A stretch of 64,000 nt of DNA, taken from positions 384,001-448,000 of the forward strand of contig CAWCVB010000006.1 in NCBI GenBank assembly GCA_963798915.1, in the 5' to 3' direction. The number at the start of each line of letters is the position of its first letter. Positions within the stretch are counted from its first letter, which is position 1. Shown here in pieces: positions 10,901-21,223 of the stretch. Origin of the DNA: an uncultured Gemmatimonadales bacterium (GTDB lineage: Bacteria; Gemmatimonadota; Gemmatimonadetes; Gemmatimonadales; GWC2-71-9). A program made the translations under genes and the position numbers. The notes beneath the pieces are model-generated. The model was not told where the DNA came from, ran no database searches, and was given only the letters and a program-made list of their open reading frames with translations.

Positions 10901-11180
10901 TCAGCAGCTGTTCAAGAAACTGCCGCTGGGCGTTCCGCCGATCGAAGGCGCCGTCTTCTACGATGTTGGCCTGGCGTGGGACGAGAACAGCACGGTGAAA
11001 TGGAAGGAAGACGCCGGCGATGCCGGCAATCCGGCGGTCCGGGTGCCGCTGCAGACCTGGGGGCTGTCGGCCCGCATGAACCTGCTCGGCCTCCTCGTCG
11101 CCCGGCTGGATTGGTCACACCCGCTGCATCGCCCCGGCGTCGGGAGCCTGTGGACCCTGAGTCTCGGACCCACGTTCTGA
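7938..11180 (+). CDS. Outer-membrane protein: zincin-like N-domain + PD40/TolB propeller + Omp85-like barrel
   Basis: Signal peptide, HEMVH...WFMEGMAEY, five (F/W)(S/A)PDG repeats, LRG loop motif, VELRFP, terminal LGPTF. Confidence 0.8.
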   Translation: MFRRRLLALLPLLLVLLPHRLSAQYFGQNKVQYEAFGFKVIKTEHFDVFFYEREREAAFDIARMAERSYGRLSRVLNHQFRERKPIIVYASHSDFIQTNATPGEVGEGTGGFTDFLKHRNIFPLTGSYAENEHVLTHEMVHQFQYDIYSGGKAGAGLGTLIAVNPPLWFMEGMAEYLAIGPVDPNTAMWLRDASLENKLPSIRQMETDPRIFPYRFGEALLAYIGQRWGDEAIGAILSNSRVSGLDGAFRRTIGLSLDQLSTQWRDAVLRKYLPEIGSRTTAAAVAQPLLTEAKSDGTLHLAPAFSPDGSRVAYFSEANFYFVDLYLADGRTGERQKRLFKSTFDSNYETFRFINSSASFSPDGKFIVVAAKRGPKDEILVIDVDRNRVVDRVKLELDGVTTPSFSPDGRRLVFTGYDGGIADLYVVDRDGRNLRRLTNDKFAEFDPVWSPDGASIAFTTDRGPETDFDQLSFGNFRIALYDLAAGDIRVLDQMDTGKNSSPQWAPDGRSIGFISDRTGVSNVFLYDLGDQQVYQLTDLYTGAQGITPLSPVLSWARGADRMAFVYYEKEKYDVYAIDNPRSLKRAPWTPAQADSAHALASIGANGAAAAPPDSMVSDSAAAGQQLPQAGVGVGGSLYRSQRGFRAANKLGAVDSSAPAPGPISIVALLDSTSLNLPDTNEFSVKPYRVHFTPDYVARPSIGYTRDTFGRGFFGGSAVQLSDMLGNHQMIFAGYVNGSFVESQLLGVYANLTHRLNWAVGLSQDPYFFFQQSEIAQGQPTTDENTFITHIRRIIVRQAFVTASYPFNRFKRVELSLRGNNIKDDDLQILEPYDPVTGLRTRDPALFTVGNPSANYIQPAIALVHDNTLFGYTGPFYGRRWRFEAAENIGTWHFTQLLGDYRRYDQVVGPVVLATRAFYFGRMGRDADQFRLFVGSTDLLRGQTSGSYSRNECRNANDSNTYTGCAALDRLVGSQLAVGSVELRFPILTQQLFKKLPLGVPPIEGAVFYDVGLAWDENSTVKWKEDAGDAGNPAVRVPLQTWGLSARMNLLGLLVARLDWSHPLHRPGVGSLWTLSLGPTF

Positions 11181-11198
11181 CGCTTTCCTGACGACACG

Positions 11199-11229
11199 CA
11201 CGGGACGTCCGATCGGCCGGCGTCCCGTG
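11199..11229 (+). terminator. GC-rich stem-loop after the Omp85-like gene
   Basis: CACGGGACG/CGTCCCGTG perfect 9-bp inverted repeat, no U tract. Confidence 0.4.
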
Positions 11230-11283
11230 TGGCCTGGGTTCCCGGTCTGGAACCACCCCCGCCCCTGCTCTATCTTCCACCGC

Positions 11284-12666
11284 GTGACCGCACGCCTCAC
11301 TGTCCCCACGATTCTCCTGCTCCTGCTGGCCGCCTGCGGCGGATCCTCGGACGAGCCGCCCAGCCCGCCGGTGGCACTGACCGGCCTGCCGGTTTCGAGC
11401 CTCATGCGCATCGAGCCCGACGGCGGCCGGCCGGAACTCTTTCACGTGCCGGATCTCGCTCCCCTGGACTGGCACGCCGAGGATCGTCTCGGCAAGATCA
11501 GGCAGGTTGTCGGGGCGATCGCAGATCCGGCCCAGCTTTTTGTCCTGGATCGCGCCGGCGTTCTCACCGCCATGCGGCTTGAGGCTGGCCGCACGCGCAC
11601 GGTGGTTCGCAATGCCGCCATCGCAACCATCAGTGCGGATGGCGGACTCTTCACCGTGGACAGCAGCGGCGCAGCCTGGGCCGTGGGCCGACGAACGCCC
11701 GAGCGCTACCGGGCGGCATTCGATCAGGTGCCGGATGCCCTGTGGGCGGGCGCTGGGGGGACACTGGTCGGGTATGATTCGAGCGCATCTGCGCTAGCCG
11801 TTGCAGGCGCGAGCGATACGCTGGCGGTGCGACCGATCGCGCAGGGCCCCGTGGCGGCGGCTCCGTGGGCCGACCTGGTGGCGGTCGCAACGGATTCCGT
11901 GATCTGGCTGTACCAACCCGAATCTGCCAGGAAGCCGCGTCAGGTGGCGGCGAGTCAGGCACCGACGGCGCTCGCCTTCTCGCCGTCCGGCCATCAGCTC
12001 TACGTGGCGGATGACCAGCGGATCAATGTCATTGACCGGTTTGCAGCGCGCGTGCGCACGCGAATCGCCGTTGCAGGACCGGTGAAAGCGCTGCGCACCG
12101 ACCCGCTGGGTCGCTGGCTGCTCATTCGGCCCGTCACCGGTGATTCGGTCTGGGTGGTTGACCTCGACCGCAACGCCGTGGCGGGAGCGGTCGCCGGCGG
12201 GTGGGACCAGGACCTTCCGACGGTGGCTTCGCCAAACACGCTGGTGGTGCGTCAGGGCAAGGATGTGGTGGCGCACAGGCTGACCGAGCCCGGACTGCCG
12301 GAGAGCGGCCGGCTCGAGGGCGCCGGGTCAGCGCTCTGGGTCGCCGTGCCGTGGAGCCCCTTGCGCGAAGATCTCGTGCTGACCGGTGCCATTGCTGACT
12401 CGGCGGAGGTGGTCGCCACCGATTCCACATCGGCCGAGCGGACCTACCTCCAGGTCAGCAGCTCGCGCAATCCGGACTGGGCAACCGAACTGGTGAAGAA
12501 ACTGGCCGGGGCCGGACTCCACGCCACCGTGATCCCGCCGGCGGCCGATGGCGATCCCTATCGCGTGGTCCTGGGACCATATTCCTCACGTGACGCGGCA
12601 GAGGAGAGCGGCAAGACGCTCGGCATGCCGTACTTCGTCGTCACCTTGCCTGCCCAACCCAACTGA
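11284..12666 (+). CDS. Lipoprotein with beta-propeller and C-terminal SPOR domain
   Basis: Lipobox LAAC, LAFSPSG repeat, C-terminal YLQVSS...YRVVLGPY. Confidence 0.8.
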   Translation: MTARLTVPTILLLLLAACGGSSDEPPSPPVALTGLPVSSLMRIEPDGGRPELFHVPDLAPLDWHAEDRLGKIRQVVGAIADPAQLFVLDRAGVLTAMRLEAGRTRTVVRNAAIATISADGGLFTVDSSGAAWAVGRRTPERYRAAFDQVPDALWAGAGGTLVGYDSSASALAVAGASDTLAVRPIAQGPVAAAPWADLVAVATDSVIWLYQPESARKPRQVAASQAPTALAFSPSGHQLYVADDQRINVIDRFAARVRTRIAVAGPVKALRTDPLGRWLLIRPVTGDSVWVVDLDRNAVAGAVAGGWDQDLPTVASPNTLVVRQGKDVVAHRLTEPGLPESGRLEGAGSALWVAVPWSPLREDLVLTGAIADSAEVVATDSTSAERTYLQVSSSRNPDWATELVKKLAGAGLHATVIPPAADGDPYRVVLGPYSSRDAAEESGKTLGMPYFVVTLPAQPN

Positions 12667-12697
12667 CCCGGCGCCGGACCCGGAAGAAGGCCTGCCC

Positions 12698-15600
12698 ATG
12701 AAGTTGACCAAGCTGGAACTTTCCGGCTTCAAGTCGTTCGCGGACACCGTGGCGCTCACGTTTGAAGCGGGCGTCACGTCGATCGTGGGGCCCAATGGCT
12801 GCGGCAAGTCCAATGTGTCGGATGCCGTACGCTGGGTGCTCGGCGAACAGTCCGCCCGCCTCCTCAGGGGCGGCAAGATGGAAGATGTGATCTTCCAGGG
12901 ATCGAGTGGCCGTCGGCCCGTCAACGTGACCGAGGTATCGCTGTACCTCGACAACAGTGACGGCGACCTCCCCATCGCCTATCAGGAGGTTGTCATCACG
13001 CGCCGGCTCTCCCGCTCGGGGCAGAGCGATTACATGCTGAATGGGACCGTCGTCCGGCTGCGCGACGTGCAGGACCTCCTGCGAGGCACCGGGCTCGGGA
13101 GCGACGCCGGCGTCGTCATCGAAGCCAAGATGATCGACCTCCTGCTCTCCGACCGCGCGGAGGAGCGCCGCTCGCTTTTCGAAGAGGCCGCCGGCATCGG
13201 TCTGTATCGCGACCGCAAACAGAGCACCGAGCGGCGCCTGGAGGAGACTGCCGGCGACCTGCAACGGGTTGAAGACCTGATTGCAGAGGTCCAGTCACAG
13301 ATCCGAAGCCTCGCCCGGCAAAAGGGAAAGGCCGAACGTCATGTCCGCCTGATGGAGGAGAAGTTCTCGCTGCAGGTCACCCTTGCGCAGCGGCATCTGG
13401 ACCGGCTGTCCAGCGAGGTAGCTGGCCTCGAGGCGCGGCATGCGGAACTGCAGGACGAGCTGCCACGGGTCCGGACGGCGCTCCACGAACACGAGACGGA
13501 GCGCTCACGGGCAGCGGAAGGACGCGCGTCACGCGAGGCAGGGCGGACGGAAATCGTCCAGCGCCTGGCCGGCGTTCGGCTGGACCTTGGCCGGCTGGAT
13601 GGTGAACTGAATGTGGCTCGTGAGCGCCTGCAGCATTTCGAGGAGCGCCAGAGCCGGGCATCGGAAGAGCGCGACAATCACCGCGGCCGCAGCGAGCAGG
13701 CCCGGCAGGAGGAGGAGGCGGCAAGCGCCGAGTACGCGGATGCTGCCGCCGAGCACGCGCGAATCCGGGCAGAACTCTCGGCCCGCACTGACGAAGAGGC
13801 CGCCAGTCGCTCGCGTCTTGTCGAGGCACGCGAGGCGGTGCGGACGTTGGAACAGGCTGCGCAGGCGCACGCTCAGCAGCTGCGCGCACTCGAGGGCGAG
13901 CGCTCGGCGCTGGAGGGGGAACTGGCCTCGCTGCGCGAACGTCGACGCCAGGCCGATGCCCTGCTGGGGTCGCGCCGTTCAGAACTGGTCGTGGCTGAGC
14001 GCAAGCGCGACCACCTGGTCGAGCGGGCCGGCATGGAGGCGTACGAGGCGCGACGCGCCGCCGAAGGGGCCGACCAGATGCGCCACGTCGTGGCGGAGCG
14101 CCGGGAGCACGAAGCCGGAGCGCGCGCCGAGCGCCGCCAGTCCGAGGAGGCACTTGCCCAGCTCAGCGCCCGGCGGCATGCCCTCGAGGAACTGGAACGC
14201 GACCGCGTGGGCCTGGCACCAGCAGCAGCGGCGCTCCTGGCCGAACGTTCCCGGTTCGGCGATGCGGTCCTCGGGCCGTTGAGTGACTTCGTATCCGCTG
14301 AGCGCCGGCACGCGGAGCTTACCGAACGCCTGCTGGGCGAGTGGATGCACGCCGTCCTGGTTCGGGACTCCGACGCTGTTGAGGCCATCCGCGCGTGGCA
14401 TGCAGAAGTGCAGCCGGGGGCGCTCGTCCTGTTGCCAGTTTCACCCGGCCCCTCCACTGTGTCTGCAATGGCGACGCTGGACGAGCGGCTGCACGTTGAA
14501 GGCCCCGCCCGTGAGTGGGTCCGTGCCGCGCTGGCCGGCTCGGAAGTGCTTGATGAGGCGGGGACAGTGCTCCGCAGGGCGAGCGGCGCGATCTTCCTTT
14601 CGGCGGCTGCAGCGCCCACCGGGCCGTTGCGCCGGCGCGCAGAACTCAAGCAACTGGTGGCGGATGTCGCCTCGGCCGGGTCCCGGCTCGACGCTGCGAA
14701 GTCGTCGCTGGACGATGCCGCGGCCCGATTGGCCGAGGCGGAGCAGGAGCTTGCTCGTACCTCCGCCAACGCCGAGGCCGCGCGTGAGCGGGAACGGGTC
14801 GCGAACGCTCAGCGGGACGATGCGCTGCGGCTGCTCGGTAATCTGGGCCGCGAGGCCAGTGAGGCTGAGCAGCAGTTGGTGCGGCTGACCGGGCGGCTCC
14901 AGGCCGCCGAGCAGCGGCTAGCGGAGATCGACAGCGGGCTGCTTGAGGCGGAGCGTCACAGCGCGCAGCTGGAAGAGCAGATCGGTACCGCGCGGGCGCG
15001 TCTGGCCGAACTCGAGGCGGAGCAGGAGTCGGCGCGTGACGACCGGGTCCAATGGCAGGTGCAGGAGGCGCATGTCGGCGCCCGCCTCCGGGCCTCCGAG
15101 GAGCGGCGCGCACGCGCGCAGCAGGCCCGCGAGAGTTCGGAGCAGGCCATCGCCCGACTGGGCGATGAAGCGACGGCCCTCGCCGCCGACGCGGAGTCGT
15201 TGACGGCGCAGCGGAGCCGCTGGGACGATGAGCGAGCACAGCAGCTCGTGGCGCTTCGCGAACTGGAGGAAGCGGCGACAGTGGCCGAACGGGAGCTGGC
15301 AGCGGCGTCCGCACGGCTGCAGGCATCGGAGACTGCGCTGGAGCACGCTCGAGTCACGGTCGAAGCGGCAAGCGAGGAACACCACGGGCTCCAGATTCGG
15401 TTGACCGAAGCGGCTGCGCATCGGCGCAGCATCGTGGAGCGGGTCGAAACCGAGTGGCGCCGCCCGCTGGCCGACCTGCTGGCCGGCTGCGCGCTGCTTG
15501 ACCTGGATCTCGAAACCCTGGAGAATGAAACAGCCCGGGTCGTCCAGGCGCTCGAGAGCATCGGTCCGGTGAACCCGCTGGCCGTCGAGGAGCATGCGGA

Positions 15601-16171
15601 GGAAACCAGGCGACTGGAATTCCTCACCTCCCAGCGCGACGACCTGGTGAGCGCGCGTCACTCACTCCTCCAGGCCATTCGTGAAATTGACGGCACCGCC
15701 CGGGAACTGTTTCAGCAGACCTTCTCCGCCGTGCAAGGGCATTTCCGAACCGTCTTCACGACATTGTTCGGCGGCGGCGAGTGCGAGCTTCGCCTGGCCG
15801 ATCCGGACCAGCCGCTGGAGAGCGAGATCGAGATCCACGCCGCTCCGCGTGGGAAGCGCACCCAGCGGATCCACCTGCTCTCCTCCGGCGAACGGACCCT
15901 CGTTGCCGTGTCGCTGCTGTTCAGCATCTACCTGACCAAGCCCAGTCCCTTCTGCCTCATGGACGAGGTCGATGCGCCGCTCGATGATTCCAACGTGGGC
16001 CGGTTCACGCGGCTCCTCGAGGAATTCAAGGATCAGACGCAGTTCCTGGTGATCACGCACAACCCGCGCACCATGCAGTCGGCGGACGCCGTGTACGGTG
16101 TCACCATGCAGGAGCCCGGCGTGTCCACCATTGTGGGCGTCCGGCTGGGAGACCACGAGCGGGTGGCGTGA
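12698..16171 (+). CDS. smc: Chromosome segregation protein SMC
   Basis: [14 protein letters not shown], long coiled coils, [27 protein letters not shown]. Confidence 0.95.
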   Translation: MKLTKLELSGFKSFADTVALTFEAGVTSIVGPNGCGKSNVSDAVRWVLGEQSARLLRGGKMEDVIFQGSSGRRPVNVTEVSLYLDNSDGDLPIAYQEVVITRRLSRSGQSDYMLNGTVVRLRDVQDLLRGTGLGSDAGVVIEAKMIDLLLSDRAEERRSLFEEAAGIGLYRDRKQSTERRLEETAGDLQRVEDLIAEVQSQIRSLARQKGKAERHVRLMEEKFSLQVTLAQRHLDRLSSEVAGLEARHAELQDELPRVRTALHEHETERSRAAEGRASREAGRTEIVQRLAGVRLDLGRLDGELNVARERLQHFEERQSRASEERDNHRGRSEQARQEEEAASAEYADAAAEHARIRAELSARTDEEAASRSRLVEAREAVRTLEQAAQAHAQQLRALEGERSALEGELASLRERRRQADALLGSRRSELVVAERKRDHLVERAGMEAYEARRAAEGADQMRHVVAERREHEAGARAERRQSEEALAQLSARRHALEELERDRVGLAPAAAALLAERSRFGDAVLGPLSDFVSAERRHAELTERLLGEWMHAVLVRDSDAVEAIRAWHAEVQPGALVLLPVSPGPSTVSAMATLDERLHVEGPAREWVRAALAGSEVLDEAGTVLRRASGAIFLSAAAAPTGPLRRRAELKQLVADVASAGSRLDAAKSSLDDAAARLAEAEQELARTSANAEAARERERVANAQRDDALRLLGNLGREASEAEQQLVRLTGRLQAAEQRLAEIDSGLLEAERHSAQLEEQIGTARARLAELEAEQESARDDRVQWQVQEAHVGARLRASEERRARAQQARESSEQAIARLGDEATALAADAESLTAQRSRWDDERAQQLVALRELEEAATVAERELAAASARLQASETALEHARVTVEAASEEHHGLQIRLTEAAAHRRSIVERVETEWRRPLADLLAGCALLDLDLETLENETARVVQALESIGPVNPLAVEEHAEETRRLEFLTSQRDDLVSARHSLLQAIREIDGTARELFQQTFSAVQGHFRTVFTTLFGGGECELRLADPDQPLESEIEIHAAPRGKRTQRIHLLSSGERTLVAVSLLFSIYLTKPSPFCLMDEVDAPLDDSNVGRFTRLLEEFKDQTQFLVITHNPRTMQSADAVYGVTMQEPGVSTIVGVRLGDHERVA

Positions 16172-16265
16172 CCTCCGTCACGAGATGTCTCGGTCCGCGC
16201 CTTATTGCCGGGCCGGATGTGCCAATCCGGCACTGGGCACATCGCTTGCTCCTCCAGGAGAGCTC

Positions 16266-17306
16266 ATGCTGGTCGTAATGCGCCATGGCGCGCCGGAGCA
16301 GGAAGTGCGCGGCGTGGTTCAGGTCATCGAAGAAATGGGCTACCAGGCGCGGCCTATGCCTGGGCGGCAACGCACCAGCGTGGGCGTGGTGGGCAACGAT
16401 GGGCGGGTGGACGGTTCGCGTCTCGCGGCCCTCCCGGGGGTCGTTGAGATCATCCACGTCACCAAGCCCTACAAGCAGGTCTCGCGGGAATGGCGGCCGG
16501 AATCGACCGTGATTCGACTGCCGGGCGGCATCACGGTGGGAGGCGATGAGATCGTGGTGATGGCCGGACCGTGCTCAGTGGAGAGCGAGGAGCAGATCAT
16601 CGCGGCGGCGATGGCGGTGCGCGACGCCGGAGCCACGGTCCTCCGTGCGGGGGCGTTCAAGCCGCGTTCGTCGCCCTACGCATTTCAGGGTCTGGGTACT
16701 GCCGGTCTCGCGCTCCTGCGCCGGGCGCGCGAGGAAAGTGGCTTGCTGATTGTCACGGAAGCCATGGACCCGGAGGGAGTCGACCTGGTGGCCGAGGTGG
16801 CCGACATCATCCAGATCGGGGCCCGCAACATGCAGAACTATTCGCTGCTCAAGAAGGCGGGTCGCGCGGCCAAGCCGGTGCTGCTCAAGCGAGGGCTCTC
16901 GGCCACGATCCAGGAGTTGCTGCTCGCTGCCGAGTACCTGCTCGCGGAAGGCAACCAGGATGTCATGCTTTGCGAGCGCGGCGTCCGCGGCTTTGACGGA
17001 GCGACACGGAACCTGTTCGATCTCAGCGCGATTCCGGTGGTGCATGCACTCTCGCACCTGCCCATCATCGCCGACCCCAGTCACGGCACCGGCCGGCGGG
17101 ACATGGTCCTGCCGATGGCCCGAGCCGCCGTCGCGGCGGGTGCCGACGGGCTGCTGGTGGAAGTGCACCCACATCCGGAACGGGCATTATCGGACGGAGC
17201 CCAGAGCCTGGAGCCGGCCGCATTCCGTCAGCTGATGCGTGAAGCGCGGCCCATCGCCGAAGCCATCGGGCGACGCATTACCGAACCCACTGGAGCACGC
17301 ACGTGA
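16266..17306 (+). CDS. aroF: DAHP synthase type I-beta with N-terminal regulatory domain
   Basis: [53 protein letters not shown]. Confidence 0.95.
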   Translation: MLVVMRHGAPEQEVRGVVQVIEEMGYQARPMPGRQRTSVGVVGNDGRVDGSRLAALPGVVEIIHVTKPYKQVSREWRPESTVIRLPGGITVGGDEIVVMAGPCSVESEEQIIAAAMAVRDAGATVLRAGAFKPRSSPYAFQGLGTAGLALLRRAREESGLLIVTEAMDPEGVDLVAEVADIIQIGARNMQNYSLLKKAGRAAKPVLLKRGLSATIQELLLAAEYLLAEGNQDVMLCERGVRGFDGATRNLFDLSAIPVVHALSHLPIIADPSHGTGRRDMVLPMARAAVAAGADGLLVEVHPHPERALSDGAQSLEPAAFRQLMREARPIAEAIGRRITEPTGART

Positions 17307-17962
17307 AGGTCACGCAGACTGGATTGAGCCTTGCCTTCCTCGCCGCGGCAATCGCGGCGTCAGCCCACGGCCAGGATGCAGCGGCCATCGTGGGCCGCTC
17401 GGCGCGCCGATACGCCTCGATTTCAAGCCTGCGGGCCGAGTTTGTGCAGCGCATCGAGGATTCGCTGATCGGCACCTATGACAGTCGGGGCGCCCTCATG
17501 CAGAAGGGCGAGAACAAGCTCAGCATGCGCTTCAGTGACCCCGAAGGCGACGCCGTGGTGGTGGATGGCCGCCAGGTGTGGGTGTATACGCCCAGCACCG
17601 CCCCGGGACAAGTCATCCGGATGCCGATCCCGACGGGCGCGATGTATGGGCTCAACGTGTTGTCGTGGATCCTGGACCGGCCGGCCGAACGCTACCGGAT
17701 GCGCTACCTGCGGCCCGACACAGTGCATGGCCGCACGGTCGACGTGGTGGAACTCATCCCGCTCTCCTCAGAATTGCCATTCAGTCAGGCGATTGTCTGG
17801 CTCGACCGGGATGACGCCCTGCCCCGACGGCTCGAAATCGCAGAACGCCGCGGCGGAATGCGCACGATCACACTGTCGCATGTGCGAGCCAACACAAGCC
17901 TTCCCGCCGACGCGTTCGCCTTCGTGGTGCCGCGCGGCGTCCGCATCGTCGATCAGCGCTAG
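17303..17962 (+). CDS. lolA: Outer-membrane lipoprotein carrier LolA
   Basis: Signal peptide, [30 protein letters not shown]. Confidence 0.85.
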   Translation: MKVTQTGLSLAFLAAAIAASAHGQDAAAIVGRSARRYASISSLRAEFVQRIEDSLIGTYDSRGALMQKGENKLSMRFSDPEGDAVVVDGRQVWVYTPSTAPGQVIRMPIPTGAMYGLNVLSWILDRPAERYRMRYLRPDTVHGRTVDVVELIPLSSELPFSQAIVWLDRDDALPRRLEIAERRGGMRTITLSHVRANTSLPADAFAFVVPRGVRIVDQR

Positions 17963-18820
17963 ATCCGCCCCAGCACCGCCGCGATTTCCGATGCAAGCGC
18001 CGGCTCGAGGCCGGCGGTCTTCGCGATGTCCAGAGGTTACCCATCCCAAGTCCACATACAGGCGCCGGAGCGCCTCGTCGCCGAGCGCATCGAGGTGGCA
18101 GGCGACCGTGTGCGCATCACCGCGCCGAATGGCGCCGGTGAGCGCCTCGACGGGTCCAGCCCGCGCCAGGTTGTCGACGGTGCCTCGCAGCAGCGGCAGG
18201 TAGATCCGGGCGGCCAGGTCCGGCGGGAGGCCGCCCTGGATGGCGGCCTGCTGCGCCGCCCCATACAAGGCGACGGTGTAATTGGAGACCATGGCGGCGG
18301 CGGCGTGATAGGCTGGCCTGGCCTGGGCAGGTATTCTCACGGGCTCCATACCGCTCAGTGACGCCAGACGCGCCGCGACAGCAAGCGCCGCTCCCTCACC
18401 GTCGATACCAGCAGCAGCGCCTCGCAATCGGACTGGGGCTTCCCTGGCGTTGGCGATGGCCATCAGTGGATGCAGCGAACCAAGGGAGGCGCCTGAGGCG
18501 GCGAGCGGATCAAGGGCACGCTGATCCAGCAGGCCAGATGTGTGCAGCACCACGTGGGCGTTGCTCACGACTTCGAGATCCGCGATTGCCTGGGCCGCCG
18601 GGTTGATCGCCGCGTCCGGCACCGCGACCACTACCCATGGTGAAGCGTGAAGGGTTGCTGCCCACGCGCCAGGGCCGACAGCCTCCTGCAGCCCGGACTT
18701 CGCTCCGGGACTCCGGGCGAGGAGCGTGACAGTGGCACCCGCTTTCGACCAGCTGAGCCCAAGACCGGCGCCGACCCGCCCGCGGCCAACAATTGCGATT
18801 CGCTTGATTGCTTCAGGCAT
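17959..18820 (-). CDS. Rossmann-like + DUF2520 oxidoreductase (PanG-like), one frameshift near 18034
   Basis: GRGRVG, HTSG, SLHPL, YHAAA, ALTGAIRRGD. Removing one base at about 18034 gives VTLDIAKTAG...LGRI with a stop at 17961-17959. Confidence 0.85.
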
Positions 18821-18830
18821 CCTGTAAAAT

Positions 18831-18871
18831 GCACCGGACCCGGCCCCCAGGGAGGGGGCCGGGTCCGGCGC
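18831..18871 (-). terminator. Probable intrinsic terminator after ctpA
   Basis: Long stem CCGGACCCGGCCCC/GGGGCCGGGTCCGG followed on the minus strand by ATTTT. Confidence 0.65.
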
Positions 18872-18884
18872 GAGACCGCGACGG

Positions 18885-20525
18885 CTACTGAACGGTCGCT
18901 GGACGCCGGTCGGCGCTTGCCAGCGTCAGCAGCTCGGCCGGTGTCGAGGCCCGACGCAGCAGCTGGATGGCGCGCTGCACCTGGGGATCGTCGCCCGCCC
19001 GCCGCTGCAGTTCCGCAGGGCGGCCGAAGACATATCTGGCCACCTCATAGCCAACCTGCTGGGCCAGAAGCCCCGATCCGCCGGCAAAGGTCGCATCCGG
19101 CACCGTGACGCCCTTCTGCTTGAGCCGTTTCCGAAACTCAGCAAGCATCGCTGGCGTGACCTCGAAGTCCGGCGAGCTCAAGGTGCCCTGGCGCTTCAGG
19201 TCGAGTGCATAACTGGTCAGCACATCCCGATACTCCGTCATGCTCTGGCCCAACGCTCGAGCCAACTCGCGCTCGGGCATATCGAGCGTGTCGGGACGCA
19301 CCACGATGTCAGGCACGATTCCGCCACCACCCCGCACCGTTCGGCCGGCATCAGTGTGGTAGACTGGGCGAGCGCGAATCGCGGAATCACTGGACGCGGC
19401 CGAGTCCACAGCTCCTGCGAGCGTCGCGGCGTCTCGCTCTGCTTGTGCCAGTTGATCCGCCTGGTCCTTGGCGGTTCGCTGGATGGTCCGGCCGCTGGGT
19501 GTGTACCACCGGGCCGTCGTGAGCTTCAGCGCCACCCCGTCGGCCAAGGGGTACAGGGTCTGGACCAATCCCTTGCCGAAGGTCGGTGTGCCGATCACGA
19601 CTGCGCGATCGTGGTCCTGCAGCGCGCCAGCGATGATCTCCGCGGCGCTCGCCGTGTAGTCGTTGGCGAGCACCACGATGGGAAGCCCGGGCCACTCCTG
19701 CGTGTGCTGGTCGGTAAACTCCCGCGACGAGCCGGGCGCCCTGCCCTTGGTCGCGACGATCTCCTGCTGGGGGTTGAGAAACAGGTCGGCAACCTGAACA
19801 CCCTGATCGAGCAGCCCGCCGGGATTGTTGCGGAGGTCGAGGATCAGCTCCTTCATGCCCTTGCCCTGCATGGCGCTGATTTCCTCGCGCAGCTCGTCGG
19901 CCGAAGTCTCGGCCACCGGGTTCAGCGAAATGAACCCGATGCCATGGTCGAACATCGTTCCCGCCGGCACCGAGCGCTGGTGAATCGCCGCGCGCTTGAG
20001 CGTCATCGGGACTACTTGATCGAGCCCGGCACGCCGGACCTTGATGGAGATCGAGCTGCCCGGGGCGCCACGCAACGCCGCGACCGCCTGATCGCTGCTC
20101 CAGCCCTGTGTGCTCCGTCCGTTTACCTCGATGATCTGGTCTCCGGTGACGATGCCAGCCCGCTCCGCGGGCGTATCCGGAAGCGGCACCACAACCGTGA
20201 TCCATCCATCGCGGACGTCAATCTGGATGCCGAGTCCGGCGTAGTTGCCGGTCGTCTGCTCGGTCAGCTGCTTGTAGTCTTCACCGGTCAGGAGCACCGA
20301 GTAGGGATCCTGCAGTTCCTCCAGCATGCCGTCGGTGGCCTTGAGATACAGGCTGTCCTGCGGGATCGAATCCACGTAGAAGCGCGTCACGTGGGCCATC
20401 ACGTTGTCAAACAGCCCGTCGCCTGAGAGAGCAATAGCGCGCTCAACCGAACGTTGCAGGAGAAAGCCGCCGCTCGCGAACGAGAGGACCACCACTGCGC
20501 TGATAAGGCCCCAACGATGCTTCAT
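18885..20525 (-). CDS. ctpA: Carboxy-terminal processing protease (S41, PDZ)
   Basis: DPYS, GLGIQI PDZ, DLRNNPGGLL, TASAAEI, TFGKGLVQ, GGGIVPD. Confidence 0.93.
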   Translation of the reverse strand: MKHRWGLISAVVVLSFASGGFLLQRSVERAIALSGDGLFDNVMAHVTRFYVDSIPQDSLYLKATDGMLEELQDPYSVLLTGEDYKQLTEQTTGNYAGLGIQIDVRDGWITVVVPLPDTPAERAGIVTGDQIIEVNGRSTQGWSSDQAVAALRGAPGSSISIKVRRAGLDQVVPMTLKRAAIHQRSVPAGTMFDHGIGFISLNPVAETSADELREEISAMQGKGMKELILDLRNNPGGLLDQGVQVADLFLNPQQEIVATKGRAPGSSREFTDQHTQEWPGLPIVVLANDYTASAAEIIAGALQDHDRAVVIGTPTFGKGLVQTLYPLADGVALKLTTARWYTPSGRTIQRTAKDQADQLAQAERDAATLAGAVDSAASSDSAIRARPVYHTDAGRTVRGGGGIVPDIVVRPDTLDMPERELARALGQSMTEYRDVLTSYALDLKRQGTLSSPDFEVTPAMLAEFRKRLKQKGVTVPDATFAGGSGLLAQQVGYEVARYVFGRPAELQRRAGDDPQVQRAIQLLRRASTPAELLTLASADRRPATVQ

Positions 20526-20584
20526 GTTCCTGCCTCCACAAATCATCCTGGCGCGGCGTCGGCGCCGCTCCTCCTGCTCGAAGA

Positions 20585-21223
20585 CTAACCGGGAGTGGCC
20601 TCGGATGCTGTCCTGATGGCCCCCTCCACCGCCTCCCAGGCGGTCTCAAGGACCGCAGCGGCTGGCGCACTGCCGTCCAGGTGCCGGACTCCGGGCCCGC
20701 CCGCCGCCAGGTAGGCCTTTCGCACCCGGTCATGAAACGCCGCATCTTCCCGCTCGAAGCGGTCATCTCCCTTGCCGACCGCCACCTGGCGCGCTCGCCC
20801 CGCTTCCGGCGCAACATCCAGCACCAGCGTCAGGTCGGGCCGCAGTCCACGCGTCGCCGCATCATTGATCAGGCGAACCAGCTCCTCAGAGAGCCCGCGT
20901 CCGGCCGCCTGATAGGCCATGGTGGAGAGGTCGTAACGATCCGAGACGACCGTGCGGCCGGCTGCGAGCGCCGGGCGAATTACTGCCTGCACGAGATGTG
21001 CCCGCGCCGCCGCCACGAACAGAAGTTCGGTCTGGGGATCGAGGTCGGATTCGGGGTCGAGCAGCGCCAGGCGCGCATATTCGGCGGGAGGGGTTCCCCC
21101 GGGCTCACGAACCGGGACGACGTGCATCCCGGCGTCACGCAGGCGGGCGGCCAGCGCCGCCGCGAGGGTGCTCTTGCCGGCGCCCTCAGGACCCTCAACT
21201 ACGATGAACAGGCCGCGCGTCAC
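20585..21223 (-). CDS. tmk: Thymidylate kinase
   Basis: EGPEGAGKST, REPGG, SDRY, AYQ, PDLTLVLD, DRFE. Confidence 0.96.
   Translation of the reverse strand: MTRGLFIVVEGPEGAGKSTLAAALAARLRDAGMHVVPVREPGGTPPAEYARLALLDPESDLDPQTELLFVAAARAHLVQAVIRPALAAGRTVVSDRYDLSTMAYQAAGRGLSEELVRLINDAATRGLRPDLTLVLDVAPEAGRARQVAVGKGDDRFEREDAAFHDRVRKAYLAAGGPGVRHLDGSAPAAAVLETAWEAVEGAIRTASEATPG

Noticed and set aside
12698..16171. SMC as part of a Wadjet/MksBEFG defence system
   Set aside because: Housekeeping Smc head motifs and no jet/mks partner genes adjacent
16235..16250. GGGCAC-N5-TTGCT sigma54-like motif before aroF
   Set aside because: The implied start near 16261 would exclude the AGGAG SD, so it is not called
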